The notes below the pieces were generated by a model. It saw nothing but the letters and a program-made list of their open reading frames with translations, had not been told where the DNA came from and made no database searches. From Gammaproteobacteria bacterium (GTDB taxonomy: Bacteria > Pseudomonadota > Gammaproteobacteria > G965277405), in contig OZ255726.1 in assembly GCA_965277405.1 (NCBI GenBank), positions 416,001 to 480,000 on the forward strand: a stretch of DNA of 64,000 bases, read 5' to 3'. This document shows, in pieces, positions 31,733-40,239 of this stretch; the first letter of the stretch is position 1; each line of letters begins with the position of its first letter. Both the position numbers and the translations under genes were made by a program.

Positions 31733-32539
31733 TTATTGTGTTAATAATTGCTCAACCATGTCGTCCATAACATACAGTTTTGTTGCTGTACAGCCAACAA
31801 TATGCGTTGCTGCCAACAACGCGCCGCGAGCAAATACTGAGCGCGTCATCACCCGATGGGTTAATTCTAAACGTTCACCCTCTTGAGCAAACATCACCGT
31901 ATGCTCACCAATAATATCTGCTGCCCGAATCGAAGAAAACCCAATCTGACCAGCCATACGCTGCTTGCGAACGCTATGGCGGTCGAATACAGCAACATCA
32001 TCGAACGCAATATCACGGGCCTGTGCAACGACGTGACCTAAATCAAGCGCAACGCCTGATGGCGCATCTATCTTTTGCTTATGGTGTGCCTCAATGATTT
32101 CAATATCCGCCGCGGCTAATGCGCGTGACGCCTGCCTTACTAAGCTACGCAATACATGAATTCCCACACTGGTATTCGTCGCATACAGCACAGGAATCTG
32201 TAAACTGACCTGCTGCATATATAATTCAGTTGCAACATCAAGCCCCGTAGTGCACATTACTAAAGGGGTGCTGTGCTCGACACATTGGTCGATGATTGCC
32301 CTGGTAGCACTCGCCAAAGAAAAATCGATAACGACATCACTTGTATGTAGCGTAGCGCTCATGATAATTGGATTCGTTATTTGCGGTTCAAGAGATTGCA
32401 CCGGCTGTTGAAAAAACGCAGACTCCTTGCGCACCAGCGCGCAGCTGAGTTGATACTCACGAGGATTGGCAGCAATGATACGCAACAACTCGCGTCCCAT
32501 CCGTCCAGAAGCACCTGCTACAGCAATCTGTAATGTCAT
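31733..32539 (-). CDS. dapB: 4-hydroxy-tetrahydrodipicolinate reductase
   Basis: GASGRMG, IDFS, EAHHKQKIDAPSG; start revised to ATG 32539. Confidence 0.94.
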   Translation of the reverse strand: MTLQIAVAGASGRMGRELLRIIAANPREYQLSCALVRKESAFFQQPVQSLEPQITNPIIMSATLHTSDVVIDFSLASATRAIIDQCVEHSTPLVMCTTGLDVATELYMQQVSLQIPVLYATNTSVGIHVLRSLVRQASRALAAADIEIIEAHHKQKIDAPSGVALDLGHVVAQARDIAFDDVAVFDRHSVRKQRMAGQIGFSSIRAADIIGEHTVMFAQEGERLELTHRVMTRSVFARGALLAATHIVGCTATKLYVMDDMVEQLLTQ

Positions 32540-32601
32540 ACTTAAATCTACAAAGTTCAAAGACCATAGCATATATATAACAACTTATACAATACTCCGA
32601 A

Positions 32602-33903
32602 ATGTTACCTTTATTTTCTACCACCGCTGCAAATTTTGCAGAGCAACTCAGCAAACGCCTAGATCGATTGAGTGCTGACGACACAAAACTGCGCGCCACT
32701 GTTGGCACAATTATTGAAGATGTCCGCAGCCGCGGCGATGCAGCGTTACTCGAATACACCAAGCAATTCGACCATGTTGGTGCAATGGAAATTGACAAAT
32801 TACACATTGGAGCAGCAGCCATTCACAACGCCTTGCTGTCAATTGATAACGCAACACGAGAACATTTAGAATTTGCAGCAGACAATATTCGCCGCTACCA
32901 CCAACAACAAGTCCGCGCAGATTGGCATTATACAGACGCACTCGGCAACACACTCGGGCAAAGAATCACGCCAATTGATGCCGTTGGTATTTACGCACCA
33001 GGCGGCACAGCATGCTATCCATCGTCAGTATTGATGAATGCAATCCCCGCAAAACTTGCAGGTGTTGACAGGATTGTCCTCGTCAGCCCCACCCCAAATG
33101 ACGTCGTCAACCCTATATTACTCGCAGCTGCTGCAGTTGCCGGCATCGATGAAATGTGGCGTATTGGTGGCGCGCAAGCAATTGCTGCATTAGCGTATGG
33201 CACCAACAGCATCCAAGCGATTGATAAAATAACAGGGCCTGGCAACCAATACGTCAGCGAAGCCAAGCGCCAAGTATTTGGCAAGGTTGGCATCGATATG
33301 ATTGCAGGTCCTTCTGAATTGTTAATAATCAGCGATGAGCACATTGACCCGGTCACGGTCGCAGCTGACTTATGCGCGCAAGCCGAACACGACACCAACG
33401 CGCAATCTATCTTGCTCTCAACCAGCCCAACCCATTGCCAAGCGGTGATCCATGCCATTGAAAACTTGCTCAAACTGCAAAGTTTTGGCAATCGTGATAA
33501 AATTATTCGTACCTCACTGCAAAACCGCGGCGCTGCAATTAGCTGCAAACACATCGATGAAGTAATCGAACTTGCTAACTATATCGCTCCTGAACATTTG
33601 CAAATTATGGTTAACAACAGCAACGAAATTCTGCCGAAAATCAAACATGCAGGCGCAATATTTATTGGCAACAGCTGTGAAGTGCTCGGTGACTACTGCG
33701 CTGGTAGCAACCATGTGTTGCCCACCAACGGCAGCGCACGGTTCTTTTCTGGGCTGAGTGTTGACGACTTTACCAAAAAAACTGCCATCATCGACTGTTC
33801 GCTCAGTGGTGCAGCGACACTGGCCTATACTGCGCACAAACTAGCACAGCTTGAAGGACTACCAGCGCATGCCTTTGCCGCAGCACAACGTATGTCCCCA
33901 TAA
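32602..33903 (+). CDS. hisD: Histidinol dehydrogenase
   Basis: GGAQAIAALAYG, GPGNQYV, IDMIAGPSE, QAEHD, APEHL, NHVLPT. Confidence 0.95.
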   Translation: MLPLFSTTAANFAEQLSKRLDRLSADDTKLRATVGTIIEDVRSRGDAALLEYTKQFDHVGAMEIDKLHIGAAAIHNALLSIDNATREHLEFAADNIRRYHQQQVRADWHYTDALGNTLGQRITPIDAVGIYAPGGTACYPSSVLMNAIPAKLAGVDRIVLVSPTPNDVVNPILLAAAAVAGIDEMWRIGGAQAIAALAYGTNSIQAIDKITGPGNQYVSEAKRQVFGKVGIDMIAGPSELLIISDEHIDPVTVAADLCAQAEHDTNAQSILLSTSPTHCQAVIHAIENLLKLQSFGNRDKIIRTSLQNRGAAISCKHIDEVIELANYIAPEHLQIMVNNSNEILPKIKHAGAIFIGNSCEVLGDYCAGSNHVLPTNGSARFFSGLSVDDFTKKTAIIDCSLSGAATLAYTAHKLAQLEGLPAHAFAAAQRMSP

Positions 33904-34192
33904 GGAAGCTCTGATTAACTCGCTGATGGAGCGAGTTTGATGGCAATTGCAGATGATTGCAAGGCGCAAACCGCTGAGTGCATGCCGTAGCATATACGCC
34001 AAGGGATGTAACACAGCAAGTACCGCTGCCGCAAACCCAAAGTATATGTCAACTCAACGACGGGAAAAACGCTGCGCTAACGTCGTTGCAGCACTTGGCA
34101 ATACCCCCAGACCCACCAGTGTTAGCTGCGCGCTGCGCTTAAATTTCATCAGCGTTTCTTCTCCGTCTCGCCCGTCATGGACTTAATCAGAG
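33904..34192. mobile_element. IS5-type MITE copy 9, right TIR interrupted
   Basis: Begins immediately after the hisD TAA; ends CTTAATCAGAG, followed by IS481-like sequence. Confidence 0.9.
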
Positions 34193-34194
34193 AC

Positions 34195-35240
34195 TGTAAA
34201 TGCTACGGAGGTGTGTTCACACATCAGCTAACTAACAAGCTGGTACTGTATTAGTTACTAAACAAAGGAGTACAGCAGGAACAACCCACATTATTGTGCC
34301 AAAACAACGTTTCATAGTCGAGAAGTTACGATTCACAGGGTGCTTGTCGACAAGCACCCTGTGAATCGCGTAGCCAACTATTTTGCCATTTCGCTACTAT
34401 TCGCTACTAACTGTTTACAAGTGGCGCAGACGCTATACATCAGGTGGAACATCTGCACTGTATAATCTTTCTAGCAGGCCAATTTCAAGCCCAGCTAAGC
34501 TCGCTGAGACCTTGGCTCAACGCATCCAAAAACTCTATTTAGAGTCACAAATGAATGCACGGAGCATTGCCAGGTATTTGCAATTGGCATACTCCACTGT
34601 CACCAAAATTTTGAGGCGGTTGTCCCTGACAAAAAAGACCTTAACAAGAGAAAAAGCGCAGCGATATGAGCACGATCACCCCGGCGACATGCTGCATCTG
34701 GACATCAACAAACTGCAACGTTTTACTCCACCTGGGCATAAATTTGGCGCTCCTGCAACAGCAAATACAGCCCAAGGTATTGAGTGCGTCGATGTTGGTA
34801 TTGATGACCATAGTCGATGGGCGGTTGTGGCGGTGCTTCCTGATGAGAAAAAGGCAACGACGCAGGGGTTTATTCACCGATCATTCGAGCATTTTTCATC
34901 ATTGGGAATAGCGGTGCAACGGCTGATAACAGCCAACGCACCTGCATATTGATCCAAAGTTCGTAAATCGATATCTTGATGCTTGTCAAATCAACCAGGT
35001 TTTTGCCAAACCATACAGGCCGCAGACCAACGGAAAAGCAGCAAGGTTTATACAAACGATTGCCAAGGAATGGGCATTTTCGCAGCCATAGCAAACAAGT
35101 GATGAGCGCAACAAAACTCTTTCAAAATACCTTAACCACTATAACCTCAGGAACCTCAGGCGCACACATTCCGCTTTAGGGAATCTACCACCAGCTGCTA
35201 GAATTGTTGGTTTTTGTAAACAACGTGTGTAGTTTTGACA
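34195..35240 (+). mobile_element. IS481-family insertion sequence (decayed), about 1046 bp
   Basis: TGT...ACA ends with an imperfect IR (TGTAAATGCTAC versus TGTCAAAACTAC); IS481-like size. Confidence 0.75.
34277..35240 (+). pseudogene. IS481-family transposase pseudogene
   Basis: RYEHDHPGDMLHLDI, IDDHSR, and in other frames PYRPQTNGKAARFIQT and HSALG; start codon lost, frameshifts, internal TGA at 34950. Confidence 0.8.
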
Positions 35241-35679
35241 CTTATACCTGCATACCTTGCTTGGGTGATTCATGTACGGATTAACATTATTGGTTTGTGG
35301 CTCACATACGCGAACATCGCGGCAAGCTCTAATTATTGTATATCCACAATTACTGCATAGCCAAAAATTGCGCCTGTTCAATGGCGTCACATCTGCGCAT
35401 AGCAAGCATCATGTCATGCGCTGCGATTAAATTGCCCAACACATGTATTGTATTTGATGGCTGTAATAATTTGTTAATCGGTGAATTTTGATTTCATCAT
35501 GCAAATTCTCCTGTTCAGATTGTAACAATCTGCTGCTGGTAACCCATGCTAATTTTAAGGGGGATTACAAGTCGACAAAAACAAATAATACTGTAATATC
35601 GCTGGCTTTATTTATGACATACAACTCACTATGAAGTGGGTTGAAGTAAGTGAATACAATTTTAACGGAGGAAAATTAT

Positions 35680-36708
35680 ATGAAACTTAAATTTATTACT
35701 AAAACTATTCTTATTGGAGCGACAGTTGCTGTGGTTGCTTTAGCTGCAATCAATGCAAGCGCTGCTGATAATCGTAGCTACATCCTAGCAACTGCTTCTA
35801 CTGGTGGTACCTACTACCCAGTTGGCGTCGCCATCGCCACCTTGAGCAAAATAAAACTAGAACCAAAATTTGGACTCTCTTTATCTGCGATCAGTTCAGC
35901 AGGGTCTGGTGAGAATATCAAACTACTTGTAGAAAACCAAGCTCAATTCGCCATCCTCCAAGGTCTATATGGTGCTTGGGCATGGAATGGCGAAGGACCA
36001 TTTAAAAGTTCAGGTCGACAAACTGAATTACGCTCAGTTTCTATGTTGTGGCAAAACGTTGAGCACTTTACCCTTAAATCAGCCTTAGCAACAACAGGCA
36101 CTATTGCTGATTTAAAAGATTTGGAAGACAGCAACAATATGTTTTCAATTGGTAAAAAGAATTCAGGAACAGAAGGCTCTGGCCGCCAACTACTATCTGG
36201 CTTAAACATTAACCCAGATAAATTTAACCTTGCCTACATGGGCTACGGTGCTAGCGCTGATGCTATCCAAAACAACAATATTGTGGGGATGAATACGCCA
36301 GCAGGTGCTCCTGTCAGCGCGATAACTCGCCTATTTGCTGCGATGGGGAATACAGTAACAGTGCTGGATTTCACTGATCAGCAAATGAAAGATGCTAATG
36401 GCAGCTACAATTTGTGGACTCGCTATGTGATTCCAGCCAACACCTACCCAGGTCAAACAAAAGACATCAATACAATATCACAGCCTAATGTCCTAGTGAC
36501 GCGTGCAGACCTTGCTGATGATGACATCTATCAGCTAACCAGGGCTATTTATGAAAACTTGGCATACTTAAGCGCTATTCATAAAGCGACAGCGGTTATG
36601 TCTATTGACAAAGCCATTGCTGGTCTTCCTATGCCGTTGCACCCGGGTGCAGTTCGCTACTATCGTGAGCAAGGAATTAAAATTCCAGCTAGTTTAATTG
36701 CCAACTAA
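35680..36708 (+). CDS. TAXI-family TRAP transporter solute-binding protein
   Basis: ATASTGGTYYPVG, SAGSGEN, NSGT, PLHPGAVRYY; GGAGG RBS. Confidence 0.92.
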   Translation: MKLKFITKTILIGATVAVVALAAINASAADNRSYILATASTGGTYYPVGVAIATLSKIKLEPKFGLSLSAISSAGSGENIKLLVENQAQFAILQGLYGAWAWNGEGPFKSSGRQTELRSVSMLWQNVEHFTLKSALATTGTIADLKDLEDSNNMFSIGKKNSGTEGSGRQLLSGLNINPDKFNLAYMGYGASADAIQNNNIVGMNTPAGAPVSAITRLFAAMGNTVTVLDFTDQQMKDANGSYNLWTRYVIPANTYPGQTKDINTISQPNVLVTRADLADDDIYQLTRAIYENLAYLSAIHKATAVMSIDKAIAGLPMPLHPGAVRYYREQGIKIPASLIAN

Positions 36709-36818
36709 CGAAATAATTATCGACTTAAAACAACAATTACCTGCATATAATAACTGCTGCATAGGTTGCGGCACTTATTAACTACTCTGCTAGATAGTAT
36801 ACAAGGTAGCTGTTCCAC

Positions 36819-38960
36819 ATGACCGCTTTTGCGCAAACTGCAACGTCTTTAGACGCCGAGATCAATCAAGACGATTTGACCGGCAAACACAGATCTTCTC
36901 CTTGGTTAAATCGTGTGGTTTTTATTATTGCGGTTTCGCTTGCGGTCGCTCATATATACATCAACACCTTAGGAACCCTTCCTGAACTTTGGGTTTCTGC
37001 GTTCCATTTTGCTGGATTCGGTGCTTTGTGCGCGCTGATGATTCCAGCCACACCAAAATGGCGCGACAGTAAAATAGCCTTAATCTGTGATTCCTTGGTG
37101 GTGATCGCACTCATTAGTATGGTGCTGTATATTATTTTTTTTGAAGACGCGCTGTATGCCCGCGGGGTGATTTTTAATACAGGCGATTGGATCGTTTCTG
37201 CTGTTGCTGTTTTACTCGCGCTCGAATTCGTGCGGCGTACCAGCGGCTGGTTTATTCCACTTTTAATTATCGTTGCGCTGACGTACGTTGTGCTCTGGGG
37301 AAAATGGATCGACGGCGCATTCTCTTTTGCAGGGTTAAGCGTTGAAACCCTTTTATACCGCAGCTTTTTTGGTAGCGACGGGATGTTCGGCCCAATCTCA
37401 CGAATTTCATGGAGTTTCGTCTTCATGTTTATTCTATTCGGTGCATTTTTAGTTAAATCTGGTGCTGGAGAATTTATCATTGCGCTGTCTCGTTCGCTTG
37501 CCAGCAAAATGATTGGCGGGCCGGGGTTTGTAGCGGTGCTAGGTTCAGGGCTAATGGGTTCCGTATCAGGTTCTGCTGTTGCCAATACCGTATCTACTGG
37601 AGTTATTACCATTCCGTTGATGCGTAAGGCTGGCTTTCCAGCCCGTTTTGCCGCAGGTATTGAAGCAGCCGCGTCAACTGGTGGGCAATTAATGCCTCCC
37701 GTGATGGGAGCTGGTGCATTTATTATGTCCTCTTATACCCAAGTATCTTATGTCACCATTATCAGTGTTGCCACCATTCCCGCTGTATTGTATTTTCTGT
37801 CTGTCGGCTTTTTTGTCCGAGTTGAAGCAAAACGCAGCAAAATAATTGCTAGCGACGACGATGACGTCAATATTTCTCGAGTTTTTAAAGAAGGTTGGCA
37901 CCACATTGTTGCCTTTGTTGTTTTGGTTACTTTACTCATTAAAGGCTTCACTCCAACCTATGCAGCAGGGATAAGTATCCTCGCGGTAATCGCTGCATCT
38001 TGGCTTGCCAAAGGGCATAGAATGGGAGTGGCAGCTATTCTTGATGCCATGGCTCAAGGAGCTAAGAACATGTCGACGACAGCCGTGCTGTTAGTCGGCA
38101 TAGGTTTGGTTGTCAACGTCATCAGCACCACAGGTATAGGCAATACCTTTTCGTTGCTGATTAGCGACTGGGCTGGGGGCAGCCTCTTCTTCACTATTGT
38201 GTTAGTGGCTATTGCCTCGCTTATTTTAGGGATGGGACTACCCGTCACCGCCTCTTATATCGTATTAGCCACCTTATCAGCTCCTGCTTTATTCAACCTC
38301 ATCGCTACAAGTCAATTACTAGAAATGATAGCATCTGGCACGTTACCGCAAGCAGCACATGCGGTATTTATGCTGGTAGACCCTGCTGCTATCACCGCAT
38401 TAGCTCAGAGCATGCCGATGGAACAAGCAACAGCTTTACTCGCGCAAGTACCTAGTGACTTTATAGGTATGCTGATAGATCAAGCATTAGGTACGCAAAC
38501 CATCGCTATGATTCTAGTAACTGCGCACATGATTATATTTTGGTTGTCGCAAGACAGTAACGTTACTCCACCAGTTTGCTTAACCGCCTTTGCTGCTGCT
38601 GCCATCGCCAAAACCCCACCAATGAGAACAGGATTAACAGCTTGGAAATTAGCAAAGGGGCTGTATATCGTCCCACTACTAATGGCGTATACCCCTTTAA
38701 TTGGTGGTGACGCCGCAACACTGTTGCGCCTCACCTTTTTTTTGATCTTTGGGATGTATGCTTTAGTTGCAGCAATGGAAGGTTATTTAGAAGACAAACT
38801 GACCATTGCTTCACGCGTATTGGTGCTTATCGCCGCAGCCATGATGCTGTGGCCAGAGCTAGAACTTTGGATTCAATGCATTGGACTAGCGATATTCTTG
38901 ACCTTATTCATTATCGGCTACAAGAAATATCCAAAAACGATGCAAGTTATAGCAACCTAG
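36819..38960 (+). CDS. TRAP transporter fused 4TM/12TM permease
   Basis: GSAVANTVSTG, EAAASTGGQLMPPVMGAGAF, LGMGLPVTASY, TPPV. Confidence 0.92.
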   Translation: MTAFAQTATSLDAEINQDDLTGKHRSSPWLNRVVFIIAVSLAVAHIYINTLGTLPELWVSAFHFAGFGALCALMIPATPKWRDSKIALICDSLVVIALISMVLYIIFFEDALYARGVIFNTGDWIVSAVAVLLALEFVRRTSGWFIPLLIIVALTYVVLWGKWIDGAFSFAGLSVETLLYRSFFGSDGMFGPISRISWSFVFMFILFGAFLVKSGAGEFIIALSRSLASKMIGGPGFVAVLGSGLMGSVSGSAVANTVSTGVITIPLMRKAGFPARFAAGIEAAASTGGQLMPPVMGAGAFIMSSYTQVSYVTIISVATIPAVLYFLSVGFFVRVEAKRSKIIASDDDDVNISRVFKEGWHHIVAFVVLVTLLIKGFTPTYAAGISILAVIAASWLAKGHRMGVAAILDAMAQGAKNMSTTAVLLVGIGLVVNVISTTGIGNTFSLLISDWAGGSLFFTIVLVAIASLILGMGLPVTASYIVLATLSAPALFNLIATSQLLEMIASGTLPQAAHAVFMLVDPAAITALAQSMPMEQATALLAQVPSDFIGMLIDQALGTQTIAMILVTAHMIIFWLSQDSNVTPPVCLTAFAAAAIAKTPPMRTGLTAWKLAKGLYIVPLLMAYTPLIGGDAATLLRLTFFLIFGMYALVAAMEGYLEDKLTIASRVLVLIAAAMMLWPELELWIQCIGLAIFLTLFIIGYKKYPKTMQVIAT

Positions 38961-39123
38961 TTTTCGCATACAATCCTTGGTAACATAGACCGCGGCTTGC
39001 AATTGTTTTGCAATCGTTTTGCAATCGTTAGTGCGGCACATTATGTTTTGCGGCGAGTAAGCGCAGCTGTCGCTATCCTTGTCGCTATCCTTGAGGAGGA
39101 ACAATATTGCATACAAAAAAACC

Positions 39124-39157
39124 TTGGCGTTTTTCTGTAAGTAGCTATAATAGCTAC
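39124..39157 (+). promoter_or_regulatory. Sigma-70 promoter and palindromic operator of the TA operon
   Basis: TTGGCG-N16-TATAAT; perfect IR GTAGCTA-TAA-TAGCTAC (39141-39157) over the -10 box, typical of antitoxin autorepression. Confidence 0.6.
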
Positions 39158-39178
39158 CTTAACTTTAATTTCATAGGT

Positions 39179-39472
39179 ATGAACATGAAGACTATCTCAT
39201 CAAGAGATGCCCAAAACGCATTCGGTCACTTTCTGGATACAGTACAGCGTGAGCCAGTAATCGTGACTAAAAGGAACCGCCCTGTTGGAGTTATGTTGTC
39301 TATGGAAAACCTGCCAGCAATCTTTGAGCTTGCTGATAGTTTGAGAGAGACCATCAAAGCTGGTGTAAAGTCTGGGCTGGCAGATGCCAAAGCTGGCAAA
39401 GGCACAGCGCTTACCGCTGATTACATTGCTGATTTAAAGCAGGAGTTGCAAGCGAGAATAAATACCAGATAA
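39179..39472 (+). CDS. Phd/YefM-family antitoxin (start 39179 or 39185)
   Basis: KTISSRDAQNAFGHFLDTVQREPVIVTKRNRPVGV. Confidence 0.85.
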   Translation: MNMKTISSRDAQNAFGHFLDTVQREPVIVTKRNRPVGVMLSMENLPAIFELADSLRETIKAGVKSGLADAKAGKGTALTADYIADLKQELQARINTR

Positions 39473-39481
39473 AAAGAACGA

Positions 39482-39799
39482 ATGCAGCATTATCGTATCC
39501 AAATTATGCCTACTGCCAGCAAAGGGTTACTTGAAATTGGTGAGTATATTGCTGTGGATAACCCTGTCAGGGCGGTAACGTTTGTTGTCGAAATAACCAA
39601 TTCACTGCAAAAAACTCTATCGTTGTTTCCTCTTTCAGGAAAAGTTGCCGCAGACTTGGAAATGGATGAAGAAATTAGAATATTGCCTCACGGTAATTAC
39701 ATTAGCTATTATCGTGTTGTAGCGCACAAACAGCTGGTAGAAGTCTTGTATGTGTTTAATGCCAGTCGTGATATTCAAGCGCTTATGACACAACTATAG
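39482..39799 (+). CDS. RelE/ParE-family toxin
   Basis: LLEIGEYIAVDNP...LSLFPLSG...YISYYRV...VEVLYVFNASRD. Confidence 0.85.
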   Translation: MQHYRIQIMPTASKGLLEIGEYIAVDNPVRAVTFVVEITNSLQKTLSLFPLSGKVAADLEMDEEIRILPHGNYISYYRVVAHKQLVEVLYVFNASRDIQALMTQL

Positions 39800-39908
39800 G
39801 CATAATCCCTTAAAATTAGCATGAGTTAAAAGCACAATATTGTTACAATCTGCATAGAAGAATTTGCATAAAAATCAAAATTCACGGATTCACAAATTAT
39901 TATAATAC

Positions 39909-40095
39909 TCAAACTACATGCAGAGGGAGTGTCAGTTGCTGATCTGTCGATAACACGGCATAAGGCAATACGGTATATAAATAGCGTTCAAAATATGCTG
40001 GTTGGGATATTTCGTTCTTACAGGAGTTACAGGAACTGCGAGCTGAAAATTGACAACACAACAGATGTATGCTGAAAAGTTCTTGATTGCTGCAA
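39909..40095 (-). pseudogene. Possible IS66 transposase C-terminal remnant
   Basis: SCKNEISQPAYFERYLYTVLPY...LPLH loosely resembles the IS66 C-terminus; weak. Confidence 0.25.
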
Positions 40096-40167
40096 TACGG
40101 CATGCGCCTTGCAATCATCAGCAATTGCAGGCAAACTCGCTCCATCAGCGAGTTAATCAGAGCTTCC
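40096..40167. mobile_element. Truncated MITE copy 10 (end B only)
   Basis: GCGCCTTGCAATCATCAGCAATTGC...GTTAATCAGAGCTTCC|ATAG. Confidence 0.87.
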
Positions 40168-40239
40168 ATAGCTTAATTTTAAACAAATATACAATAATCA
40201 CCCCGCACTTTTATGGTTGAGTTAATTTTTAAGCAATTC

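Noticed and set aside
25279-34186. Recurrent 60-130 aa ORFs in the repeats (MIARRKPL...YAKGCNTAST...SPSRPSWT) as a small protein family
   Set aside because: They are translations of MITE sequence. Reading frames switch between copies through indels that are not multiples of 3, so there is no sign of coding constraint; occasional translation cannot be excluded.
38995-39095. Short tandem repeats TTGCAATCGTT and TGTCGCTATCCT upstream of the TA operon
   Set aside because: Only 2-3 units each; consistent with slippage, with no support for iterons or an array.
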